The notes below the pieces were generated by a model. The model saw only the letters and a program-made list of their open reading frames with translations, ran no database searches and was not told the DNA's origin. A stretch of 64,000 nucleotides of DNA from a virus. Made by a program: the position numbers and the translations under genes. Positions 1-8,220 of the stretch are shown here, piece after piece (positions within the stretch are counted from its first letter, which is position 1; every line of letters begins with the position of its first letter). The stretch is from positions 22,212 to 86,211 of the IMG/VR virus record IMGVR_UViG_3300017917_002593, one strand, 5' to 3'.

Positions 1-325
1 AGATTTAGATTTCGATAACCTAAGTCGAGGCGAAAGAAATAGATTAATTCTGTCCTTATCTTGGGCATTTAGAGATGTGTGGGAAAACTTATACCAACAT
101 ATTAACTTGCTGTTCATTGATGAGCTAATTGATGCAGGTATGGATTCAGCAGGTGTTGAATCTGGGCTTGCTGTCCTAAAAAAGATGGCACGAGAACGCA
201 ACAAGAATATATACTTAATAAGTCATAAAGACGAATTAATAGGCCGTGTGAACAGTGTGTTGAAGGTCATAAAAGAAAACGGATTTACATCATATTCAAA
301 TAATGCCGACTCCGAAGAGACATAA
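1..325 (+). CDS. gp46: Recombination endonuclease ATPase subunit (T4 gp46/SbcC/Rad50-like), 3' partial
   Basis: Frame is open from position 2 (DLDFDNLSRGERNRLIL...), giving ABC signature LSRGE, Walker B/D-loop LLFIDELIDAGMD and H-loop ISHK. Confidence 0.9.
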   Translation, partial: DLDFDNLSRGERNRLILSLSWAFRDVWENLYQHINLLFIDELIDAGMDSAGVESGLAVLKKMARERNKNIYLISHKDELIGRVNSVLKVIKENGFTSYSNNADSEET

Positions 326-603
326 TGCTAAACAAGTACAATGCACTCTATGATAAAATAGTTCAGGATTTAGTTATGTTACACAATGCAAATATGCATT
401 TCCGTAACAAAATAAGTCAGACATCTGCATTAGAAGTTAGAATGGCTATCAAGTCTCTTCAAACTAATACAAATGAACTACGAAGTGAAGTGTTAAGAGT
501 GCAGAAAGAGCACAAGAAGTGGTTAAAAACGCAGAGACTTGAATACAAGGCAAGGCTTAAAGCACAAAAGAAACCGTCATTTAAAAAGAAGGAAATAAAA
601 TGA
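325..603 (+). CDS. Basic helical protein, probable divergent Hc1-like DNA-binding paralogue
   Basis: RMAIKSLQTNTNELRSEV aligns without gaps to RKALAEMSKAVKTRRNEI of the next gene; Lys-rich C-tail; start overlaps the upstream stop. Confidence 0.55.
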   Translation: MLNKYNALYDKIVQDLVMLHNANMHFRNKISQTSALEVRMAIKSLQTNTNELRSEVLRVQKEHKKWLKTQRLEYKARLKAQKKPSFKKKEIK

Positions 604-797
604 GTACACAACAAGAACTACAAGCAGCATTTGATGCATACATGACAGAGAATGCAAAATTTGAAAGTGGTAATTCTGCTGCCGGAACCCGTGCCCGCAA
701 AGCATTAGCAGAAATGAGTAAGGCTGTTAAGACTCGCCGCAATGAAATTACAGCAGAAAAGAACGCCCGTAAGGAAGCCAAAGCTACTGGCAAATAA
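600..797 (+). CDS. Histone H1-like protein (Hc1 family)
   Basis: KFESGNSAAGTRARKAL..M.......R.EI matches the Hc1 family core; SD AAGGA upstream. Confidence 0.8.
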   Translation: MSTQQELQAAFDAYMTENAKFESGNSAAGTRARKALAEMSKAVKTRRNEITAEKNARKEAKATGK

Positions 798-1225
798 TGA
801 CTTGGACCTACCAAGGGCAATTAGTTAATCAGCTACCCGAAGACTGTGTTGGATTTGTTTATCTTATTACCAACACAGTCTCGGGTCGCAAGTATATTGG
901 CAAAAAATTAGCAAAATTTAGTAAAACGACCTACAAGACTGTAAAGTTGAAGAACGGCACAAAGAAAAGAAAAAAAATCAAAGGCAAAATTGATTCAGAT
1001 TGGCAAGAATATTACGGCTCCAGTGTTGAGCTGACAAAAGACATAGACACCTTAGGCAAAGAAAACTTCTCCCGCGAAATATTATACTACTGTAAATCTA
1101 AAGCAGAAACATCTTACGTTGAGGCCCGCGAACAATTCGACCGCAAAGTATTAGAATCCGACGAATACTATAACGGACACATACAAGTCCGTGTACATGG
1201 CTCACATATAAAATCTAAAATTTAA
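797..1225 (+). CDS. Free-standing GIY-YIG endonuclease (Seg-like), catalytic domain only
   Basis: GFVYLITN...KYIGKK, YYGSS, catalytic-helix Glu (YVEAREQ) and YYN motifs. Confidence 0.85.
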   Translation: MTWTYQGQLVNQLPEDCVGFVYLITNTVSGRKYIGKKLAKFSKTTYKTVKLKNGTKKRKKIKGKIDSDWQEYYGSSVELTKDIDTLGKENFSREILYYCKSKAETSYVEAREQFDRKVLESDEYYNGHIQVRVHGSHIKSKI

Positions 1226-1229
1226 GGCA

Positions 1230-1610
1230 CTTTAAGCGATAAAGGCAAGCGCCGGCTAAAATCGGGCGCCCTATACCTGGACCTCGGGTCGCAGGGACGG
1301 AAATCTCTGGTCGCTAAGAGTACTCAACCACTATCCTTAACAGGACGTAGATCGCAAACTCGCCGCGGTTTGGTTGTTTGAAGCAAGAGAAAAGGCAAAA
1401 AGACGCTGTAGTGATACAGCACGTTTTACAAATATGTTAGCGTATATTTGTAAGACCGCCGTTGTAATAAGACGGGGATGGAGGTACCGGACAACCGCCT
1501 CTGATAAACACCCTAACGCTAAGTGACTATCCGAACTCGGATGATGTTCTTTGCCCTGTGCGGGCAAAGTGTGACCATTGAATCTGGATGATATTTAAAT
1601 CGCTTCGCTA
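1230..1610 (+). ncRNA. Candidate large structured non-coding RNA (family unassigned; strand inferred)
   Basis: GC-richer non-coding gap with many stems; ends AAGCGAT (1234-1240) and ATCGCTT (1599-1605) are complementary; GCTGTA-GTGA-TACAGC GNRA hairpin; CTTTGCCC/GGGCAAAG stem. Confidence 0.6.
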
Positions 1611-1660
1611 TTAATATTGCTTCGAGCGTTTAGCGAAGAAGCAAACGAACGCAGTTCGTT

Positions 1661-1668
1661 TATAAATA
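1661..1668 (+). promoter_or_regulatory. T4-type late promoter
   Basis: Exact TATAAATA upstream of ORF 1690. Confidence 0.7.
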
Positions 1669-1689
1669 AAAGATATCACTGGAATACCT

Positions 1690-2487
1690 ATGAAAATCAC
1701 TGAACTCATATTAGAACAAGAACAAATAGATGAATTATCTGCTGCTGGGGTAGGGCAAGGTATTGGTAAAGTTGCCGGAGGTGCAGTAAAAGGAGTAGGT
1801 GATTTCTTCAAAGGAATGAAACAGGGATATAAGGCAGCAAGAAACCCAGGTGTTGCCCAAGAACCGAAAGATAATGCACAAGCACCTGTTGCTGACAAAG
1901 CCCAAATACAGGCTCAGATTGATCAAAAGAAGCAAGAGATTAAAGCACTACAGGCACAAATGACCAAAACTGAACCTGGTATTGGTCAGGCAAATAACAC
2001 TGTTTCGGCTACAGCAACTAATACTCCGGCTGCTCAACAGACTGCACAAGGAGTAGCACCACAAGCTGAAACTCCGCCAGTTGAGCCAGGAATTGGACAG
2101 GCTCAAAACACTGTGGCTGCAACTGCATCAAACACAGCACAACCAGATCCGGCACAAATTCGACAGCAAAAACAAGCTGCCGCAGCCAAAGTAGCACAAG
2201 ATCAAATGGCTGCTAACCCTGCGCCGGCTCCTCAGGCTGCACCAGCGGCTGATCCTAATGCAAACAAGCCAAGTGCAGATGCTATCAAGCAGGCTCAACT
2301 AAAGAAAAATCTAATGAAAAATCAACAAGCTCGCTCAGCAAGTCCTGCCGCTCCGAGCGGATTTGCAGCAAGTGGTGTTGGCCAAGCTCGTCAAAGAACC
2401 TACGCAGGTGCAGGCGGCGCTCCAAAATCCTATACTGTAAGAGAAGGTGTTGAATTTTACAGTAGCTTCTTAGGTAAGAATATTTAA
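1690..2487 (+). CDS. Low-complexity Ala/Gln/Pro-rich protein, probable internal head protein
   Basis: N-terminus MKITELILE resembles T4 capsid-targeting leaders; internal EPGIGQAxNTVxATAxNT duplication; late promoter upstream. Confidence 0.55.
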   Translation: MKITELILEQEQIDELSAAGVGQGIGKVAGGAVKGVGDFFKGMKQGYKAARNPGVAQEPKDNAQAPVADKAQIQAQIDQKKQEIKALQAQMTKTEPGIGQANNTVSATATNTPAAQQTAQGVAPQAETPPVEPGIGQAQNTVAATASNTAQPDPAQIRQQKQAAAAKVAQDQMAANPAPAPQAAPAADPNANKPSADAIKQAQLKKNLMKNQQARSASPAAPSGFAASGVGQARQRTYAGAGGAPKSYTVREGVEFYSSFLGKNI

Positions 2488-2702
2488 AAGAACGGCAACT
2501 TAGTCTTTTTAGTTGTTTCTAAGTTTTCTTTAATTATTTTTCCAATAATTTCAAGATCCTCAGCTTCTAATTCAAACGATTCGGATATGGTTATGCTACC
2601 ACGCATAAACCACATGATCTGATAAATTTGATTTTTTAAGGCTTTTGCCTCACGTTCCATACCATCACTTAACTTTTGAATTCCTTCTAAGTCAAGAGAC
2701 AA
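2484..2702 (-). CDS. gp51-like baseplate/tail assembly chaperone segment, probably the -1 frameshift extension of the upstream gene
   Basis: Weak TTG start; -1 frame relative to 2708..3577 and open back through slippery T TTT TTC. Confidence 0.6.
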   Translation of the reverse strand: MSLDLEGIQKLSDGMEREAKALKNQIYQIMWFMRGSITISESFELEAEDLEIIGKIIKENLETTKKTKLPFF

Positions 2703-2707
2703 AAGCC

Positions 2708-3577
2708 TTACCCGAAAAAACTTGACGGGTCAAAGTTTAATGGAATTTCAAGTTCGTCGCCAGTGATGCCAATGTTACGCATTTCATCGGTAACTGCAAT
2801 TCTCAAAGGTTTGATAGCGTTTTTTTCTCTAAGCGTATCAACGTGACCTTTGATCTTATCAAACACTTCTTTGTCAACATTATCTACAAACTCTTGTATG
2901 TGCTGTCTATCGTTGGTAGCTCCGTTGACAGAATCAACCGAAATAATAGATTCTGTAATAACACTTAAGGTTAGTTTGTTGAGTTTGGCAAAACTTTCTT
3001 TGAAAATTTTAATTTTTTCTTCGTCGGATATGGACTCATTGTTAACCACTTGCATGATTTTTTGAGTTTCAAACGTTTGCAGTGCGCCCTGTGTCATGGT
3101 CTTATAGTTGATGGGACGTACATAGACTGTTAGATCATTATTAATTTCTACAACAGGATCCCAAGAAATAGTATTCATCAATTGATCAATTACATTTCTT
3201 AAATCTAATTCGTACTCGTAATCAACATCTTCGCCTAACTTAACAGGTACACTCATCTTTTCTCCATAGGTTGCAATTCGAATAGCAATAAGAATTACAT
3301 CCATGTCAATGTTGGGAATGTTCCATGCATTTTTAATATTAGGCATACAGTGCTGAATAACATCAACTACTGCCTGTCCGTTCATAAGAGCATCGGGTAT
3401 TTTTAACTTTAGCTCGTCCTGTGCAGTCATAGAGTACACAGGGTATTCACCGTTCTCACTAATCTCTAAGCTGTTTTGCTCCCAAAATTCTCCACCACTT
3501 GGCAAGCGAATGTAGATTTTTGGCTGTCTCATCTGTGCTAACAGGGGATTAAGTTGAGCTGATCTTGGTTGTACCAT
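2708..3577 (-). CDS. gp26: Baseplate hub assembly protein (T4 gp26-like)
   Basis: YIRLPSGG, PVYSMTAQDE, IDMDVILIAIRIATYGE motifs typical of gp26 homologues; SD GGAG. Confidence 0.75.
   Translation of the reverse strand: MVQPRSAQLNPLLAQMRQPKIYIRLPSGGEFWEQNSLEISENGEYPVYSMTAQDELKLKIPDALMNGQAVVDVIQHCMPNIKNAWNIPNIDMDVILIAIRIATYGEKMSVPVKLGEDVDYEYELDLRNVIDQLMNTISWDPVVEINNDLTVYVRPINYKTMTQGALQTFETQKIMQVVNNESISDEEKIKIFKESFAKLNKLTLSVITESIISVDSVNGATNDRQHIQEFVDNVDKEVFDKIKGHVDTLREKNAIKPLRIAVTDEMRNIGITGDELEIPLNFDPSSFFG
2714..2720 (-). promoter_or_regulatory. Putative -1 ribosomal frameshift heptamer T TTT TTC
   Basis: AGT TTT TTC GGG TAA at the end of the gp26-like ORF; -1 frame reads FFRVRLLSLDLE into ORF 2484..2702. 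Confidence 0.65.
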
Positions 3578-3590
3578 GTTTTTGATCTCC

Positions 3591-3598
3591 GATAAATA
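3591..3598 (+). promoter_or_regulatory. T4-type late promoter (GATAAATA) for tape measure/portal operon
   Basis: Motif upstream of ORF 3654. Confidence 0.55.
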
Positions 3599-3619
3599 AA
3601 GTTGAAATACTCTGCGTAT

Positions 3620-3627
3620 TATTTATA
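3620..3627 (-). promoter_or_regulatory. T4-type late promoter (TATAAATA) for gp26-like gene
   Basis: Exact consensus on the minus strand upstream of the 3577 start. Confidence 0.65.
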
Positions 3628-3653
3628 TACGCACAGAACCACGGAATATAACA

Positions 3654-6065
3654 ATGGCTGAAGTAACAGGTAGAATTGGCGATCAAGATGTAGCACTGGA
3701 TAATGCTGCCACGGAAGCCACGTTAAGGGACCTACTGGCTGCAATGAAAGGGCAGACAGCCGTATTGAGTAAACTGACAAATACTGCTGGACAGGCAGGA
3801 ATTAGTCCCCAAGCTATTGCTGCGGCAAACAAAGGGCTGCAACAGATGTCTCCTGCGTTCCAAGCAGGCACCGTAGCAGGCAAAGCATTAGGTGTTGTAT
3901 TTTCTGGCCTATCAAAAGGTGCAATGATATTAGGCGGTGTGCTTGGAGATATTGTTGCAAGCGGTTTACAAACCGGCAAAAACTTAATAGGCTTTGCAGA
4001 TCAACTGCTCGAAGGTACTGCATCGGTTAGTAATTTATTTGCAGCCTTTAAAGACTTACCACTTGGTGTTGGTGTAGTTGCTGGTTTATTTGAAAAATTT
4101 GCAAAGATGCAGGAAGCTAATCTTACTGCATTTAGAGATCTAAGTAAAGTTGGAGTTAACTTAGGAGGCGACCTTAATCAAGTTAGACTACAGGCATTAG
4201 AAGTAGGCCTAACCATGCAAGAATACGGAGCAATAATTTCTGCCAACGCTTCTACTATTGCTCTTATGGGCACAAATGCAGAATCTGGAGCAAAAGCCTT
4301 TAGAAATATCAACAGGATGTTAACAACTGGAGATTTAGGAGGACAGCTCTTATCTCTCGGATACAGCTTTAAAGATATTAATGAACTAACAGCAAACTAT
4401 GTAAAAGTTCAAGGCGGCTTAACTTCTTCTCAAAAGAAAGATTATGCAGGAGTTGCAGCCTCTGTTGCAGCCTACGGCAAAGAATTAGATGTATTAGCAA
4501 GACTAACTGGTAAAAGCAGAGAGCAACTTGAAAAAGAACAAGAGCAAATGACTCAAGATGCTAACTTTCAGTCTTACCTAAACGGTTTAGATGAAAAAGA
4601 AAGAGAAAAAGCAAATGCTGCTCTAAGACTTGCAATGGCCAGTGGCGGCAAAGGCGCAGCAGATGCCTTAAAAGCCAAACTTATGGGCTTACCTCCTTTA
4701 ACTGAAGAAGCTCAAATGTACATGGCCACAATGAAAGACGGTGGTAAGAGCATTGACGAGTTTTCTGATATTGTTAAAAATGGAAAAACTCTACAAGAAA
4801 GTCAGCTTGCATTAGATAAAGCATTCTCATCAGCTGTTGCTGGCAACATCAAAGACATGAAACAGTTTGAAACTGTTATGCGTGCCGGCGGTATGACAGG
4901 AGACAAATTTGCACAAACCATGATGGGTGTGCAAGAAGCAGTTAACAAATACAAAGCTCAAGGACTAACTGAAGAAGCTGCTATTACAAAAGCAATTCAA
5001 GAAGAAAGAAAGAAGCAATCTGATCAAAATAACTCAGCAGCCGCTTCCGCAGCTGAAGTAGAAAAACAAATGAAGAATCTTGGAGCACAATTAATGGGGT
5101 CTTTACTGCCTATTTTTGAAGCTCTTACTCCTATTATAAACAATTTGGCAAAAAGTTTTATGGAGTTCTTAAGCGGAAACATGCCTGTTATCAAAACAGC
5201 AATGACCGAGTTAGCAACTTTTATATCAAACTTTGCAAAAGATCTATTCAGTCAAGCAGGTCGAGATAAGATTATTAATGACTTAAAATACTATTTTGGT
5301 TTGGTAATGATTGAAGTTAAGAAAGCAATTGTACCTTTCTATAACGAAAAAGATGCAGATAAAGATAAAGCTAAGTTAGATTTAGAAAAAGCCGCAGCTG
5401 ATTCTAAAGCCGAACTTGCAAGAACTGAATTAGAAATCACAAGCAGACAGAGCAAATTAAACAACGAAAAAAGCAAACTAACAGACGAACAACGTACACA
5501 ACTGCAAAAAGAAATTTCTGATCTTGAAAAAAAGAAAAGCGGTCAACAAAATCTTTCAACTAAAGCAGGCGAAGCAAATGCAAGAGTAGAAGAAGGAAAT
5601 AAAACAGTTAGCGGTTGGAGTGGAGCAGCCGCAGGTGCAGCTTCTTTGGGATCAGCAGGTGCATTACTTGGAAGTGTTATTCCAGTTGTAGGAACAGCAG
5701 TTGGTGCAGCCATTGGTGCAGCTTTGGGCGGCGCCGCCGGCGGACTTGGACTTATTGATTACGGTCTTAAAGACTATGATCCTCGAAAAGAATTAAATTC
5801 ATTACCAAAAGCTGCCAATGGTGGAGTATTTGACGGCCCTGAATCTGGATATAACGTCGAACTCCACGGTAAAGAAAAAGTTGTTCCAATAAAGGACGAT
5901 CTATCATCGAGTCCTCCGACTAAATTTGAAGAAAACTTGTTAGTGGAGCTACAACAGTTAAATAAGCAAACAGCGCAGATGTTGTCTTATATGCGTGAAA
6001 CAAACGATTTCACAAGAAGAAACTTAGATGCAATCCGCGGACTTAACGGGAACCTATTAATTTAA
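3654..6065 (+). CDS. Tail tape measure / baseplate hub protein
   Basis: 803 aa helical Ala/Gly/Gln/Lys-rich; hydrophobic Gly-rich segments; C-terminal AANGG.FDGP.SGY..LHG.E.VVP motif; next to a chaperone with a frameshift. Confidence 0.7.
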   Translation: MAEVTGRIGDQDVALDNAATEATLRDLLAAMKGQTAVLSKLTNTAGQAGISPQAIAAANKGLQQMSPAFQAGTVAGKALGVVFSGLSKGAMILGGVLGDIVASGLQTGKNLIGFADQLLEGTASVSNLFAAFKDLPLGVGVVAGLFEKFAKMQEANLTAFRDLSKVGVNLGGDLNQVRLQALEVGLTMQEYGAIISANASTIALMGTNAESGAKAFRNINRMLTTGDLGGQLLSLGYSFKDINELTANYVKVQGGLTSSQKKDYAGVAASVAAYGKELDVLARLTGKSREQLEKEQEQMTQDANFQSYLNGLDEKEREKANAALRLAMASGGKGAADALKAKLMGLPPLTEEAQMYMATMKDGGKSIDEFSDIVKNGKTLQESQLALDKAFSSAVAGNIKDMKQFETVMRAGGMTGDKFAQTMMGVQEAVNKYKAQGLTEEAAITKAIQEERKKQSDQNNSAAASAAEVEKQMKNLGAQLMGSLLPIFEALTPIINNLAKSFMEFLSGNMPVIKTAMTELATFISNFAKDLFSQAGRDKIINDLKYYFGLVMIEVKKAIVPFYNEKDADKDKAKLDLEKAAADSKAELARTELEITSRQSKLNNEKSKLTDEQRTQLQKEISDLEKKKSGQQNLSTKAGEANARVEEGNKTVSGWSGAAAGAASLGSAGALLGSVIPVVGTAVGAAIGAALGGAAGGLGLIDYGLKDYDPRKELNSLPKAANGGVFDGPESGYNVELHGKEKVVPIKDDLSSSPPTKFEENLLVELQQLNKQTAQMLSYMRETNDFTRRNLDAIRGLNGNLLI

Positions 6066-6067
6066 TT

Positions 6068-7777
6068 ATGAGCTGGAAAAAGTACTTTACCCCTGTCGAT
6101 ACCTCTGGAACTATGAGCCCAATTAGTGGCTCGGGTGGCGACAGACCTACTGGCTCGCGCCTTAACTATAGTTCCTACTTGCCTGATGTTTATAGCGGTC
6201 ATCCAAATCGTTTAGAGCGTTACGGCCAGTACGACATGATGGACGGAGACAGCGAAGTTAACGCAGCGTTGGATATTCTTGCAGAATTCTGTACGCAACT
6301 CAATGAAGAAAATGCGACTCCATTTCAAATTTTCTTCAAAGATCAAGCAACTCCAACCGAAGTTAAGATTATTAAAAAGTATCTACAGCAATGGACTCGT
6401 TTGAATAAGTTTCAGAAGCGTATCTTTAAAATTGTAAGAAACGCATTTAAGTACGGTGATTGTTTCTTTATTAGAGATCCAGAAACTCAAGTTTGGATGT
6501 ATGTAGATCCTGGTAAAGTAGATAAGATTATTGTTAATGAAAGTGACGGTAAAGTTCCTGAACAGTATGTTATCCGTGATCTGAATCCAAACTTTGTTAA
6601 TCTAAGTACAACGCAAATTGCTCCAAGTGCAACCAATGCAGGACCTCCTACACCATATAGTGGCGGCGGAGGCGGTCAACGTAACATGACCGGAACGTAT
6701 CCTACAAACATTGGAAATCGTTTTGGTGTTAATCAAACACAGTGGGCTATTAATGCTGAATATGTAGTTCATCTAAGTATGAGCGAAGGAATGGATCAAA
6801 ATTATCCGTTCGGTAACAGTCTATTAGAAAGTATCTTTAAGGTTTATAAGCAAAAAGAACTATTAGAAGATGCGATCATTATCTATCGTGTACAACGTGC
6901 TCCCGAGCGTAGGGTATTTTATATTGACGTTGGTAATATGCCAAGTCACTTGGCTATGAGCTTTGTTGAGCGTGTTAAAAATGAAGTAAATCAGCGCCGT
7001 ATTCCAAGCGTTACAGGTGGCGGTCAGACTGTAGTAGATTCAAGCTACAATCCATTAAGTATCAATGAAGACTATTTCTTCCCTCAAACAAGTGAAGGTC
7101 GCGGATCTAAAGTTGAAATTCTTCCAGGTGGTACTAACTTAGGAGAAATCGATGATCTTAGATATTTTACTAATAAGTTGTTTCGTGCTTTACGCATACC
7201 TTCAAGTTATCTACCTACCGGGCCTGACGATGGAGGATCTAGCTTTAATGATGGTCGAGTTGGAACAGCCTACATCCAAGAACTTAGATTTAACAAATAC
7301 TGCGAGCGACTCCAAAGTAATTTAAACGAAGCATTTGATCTTGAGTTTAAAGCCTATCTACAGAATAAAGGCATTAACTTTGATCCTAATGTATTTGAAC
7401 TACAGTTTAATCCTCCACAAAACTTTGCAGCCTATCGTCAAACAGAAATGGATACTGCAAGGATTCAAAGTTACAGCAGTGTTGTTACAGTTCCTTACAT
7501 CAGTAAGCGTTTTGCTCTCAAGCGTTTCTTAGGTCTAACTGCTGAAGAAATGGCAGAAAACGAAGAAATGTGGAAAGAAGAAAATGGTTTAAGTATCAAA
7601 GCACCAAGTGCAAGTGCTGAGTTACGTAGTAGCGGCATAACCAGCGGCGGTATGGAAAACGATGTTTCCGATTTAGGTCAGTCGGGCACAGCACCGGAAG
7701 GCATGCCAGGAGGACCTGATCCAATGGCAGCACCAGCAGGTCCTGGCGCAGCGCCGGCAGGACAAGCACCGGCATAA
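6068..7777 (+). CDS. gp20: Portal vertex protein (T4 gp20-like)
   Basis: LLEDAIIIYRVQRAPERRVFYIDVGNMP, EDYFFP, LPGGTNLGEIDD, LFRALRIPSS. Confidence 0.95.
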   Translation: MSWKKYFTPVDTSGTMSPISGSGGDRPTGSRLNYSSYLPDVYSGHPNRLERYGQYDMMDGDSEVNAALDILAEFCTQLNEENATPFQIFFKDQATPTEVKIIKKYLQQWTRLNKFQKRIFKIVRNAFKYGDCFFIRDPETQVWMYVDPGKVDKIIVNESDGKVPEQYVIRDLNPNFVNLSTTQIAPSATNAGPPTPYSGGGGGQRNMTGTYPTNIGNRFGVNQTQWAINAEYVVHLSMSEGMDQNYPFGNSLLESIFKVYKQKELLEDAIIIYRVQRAPERRVFYIDVGNMPSHLAMSFVERVKNEVNQRRIPSVTGGGQTVVDSSYNPLSINEDYFFPQTSEGRGSKVEILPGGTNLGEIDDLRYFTNKLFRALRIPSSYLPTGPDDGGSSFNDGRVGTAYIQELRFNKYCERLQSNLNEAFDLEFKAYLQNKGINFDPNVFELQFNPPQNFAAYRQTEMDTARIQSYSSVVTVPYISKRFALKRFLGLTAEEMAENEEMWKEENGLSIKAPSASAELRSSGITSGGMENDVSDLGQSGTAPEGMPGGPDPMAAPAGPGAAPAGQAPA

Positions 7778-7780
7778 TTG

Positions 7781-7788
7781 GATAAATA
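7781..7788 (+). promoter_or_regulatory. T4-type late promoter (GATAAATA)
   Basis: Motif ends 5 nt before ATG 7794. Confidence 0.5.
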
Positions 7789-7793
7789 TCATC

Positions 7794-8039
7794 ATGCTAC
7801 TTAACGAATTCATTTATTTTAAGCCAAACGAGGGATTGTCTTCTAATGACCGCTACAACCCATTAGAAGACAACATCAGCATTTTAAAATCGAGCGATCT
7901 TCGTAAGACAAGATTAACACTTGGAATGATCAATAGATTAAGAAAAGCAGGCGATGCAAGGGAAAAAGAGCAAAAAGAACATTTAGAATTTGTTAAGATA
8001 ATGTATGCTCCACCACCTCCTGAAGCAGGTGTTGCGTAA
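7794..8039 (+). CDS. Small head-region protein
   Basis: 81 aa ORF between portal and prohead core genes; RKTRLTL..INRLRK. Confidence 0.7.
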   Translation: MLLNEFIYFKPNEGLSSNDRYNPLEDNISILKSSDLRKTRLTLGMINRLRKAGDAREKEQKEHLEFVKIMYAPPPPEAGVA

Positions 8040-8220
8040 TCTGCAAAGTTAATTTTGCATCGAAGATCATAAATAATTTTAAGAAACAATTCAATCCTGA
8101 GCCTAAAAACTCTGTCTTTTGTCAAAAACTGACCGTTTTTGGCCTATTTCACATAAGTATTCAGTTATGGCTGTAAATATACACGACAGCCTTGCCAATC
8201 TAACATAGGAGAAACCCGCA

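Noticed and set aside
1337-1567. 76-aa minus-strand ORF in the intergenic region
   Set aside because: No recognisable motif or SD; the region is better explained by RNA structure
1230-1610. RNase P RNA or tmRNA
   Set aside because: Size fits, but the canonical GAGGAAAGUCC and tRNA-like end motifs were not found
797-1660. Group I intron carrying the GIY-YIG gene
   Set aside because: No interrupted host gene, and no TAGTC partner for the GACTA at ~1525 to form P7; a derived element is not excluded
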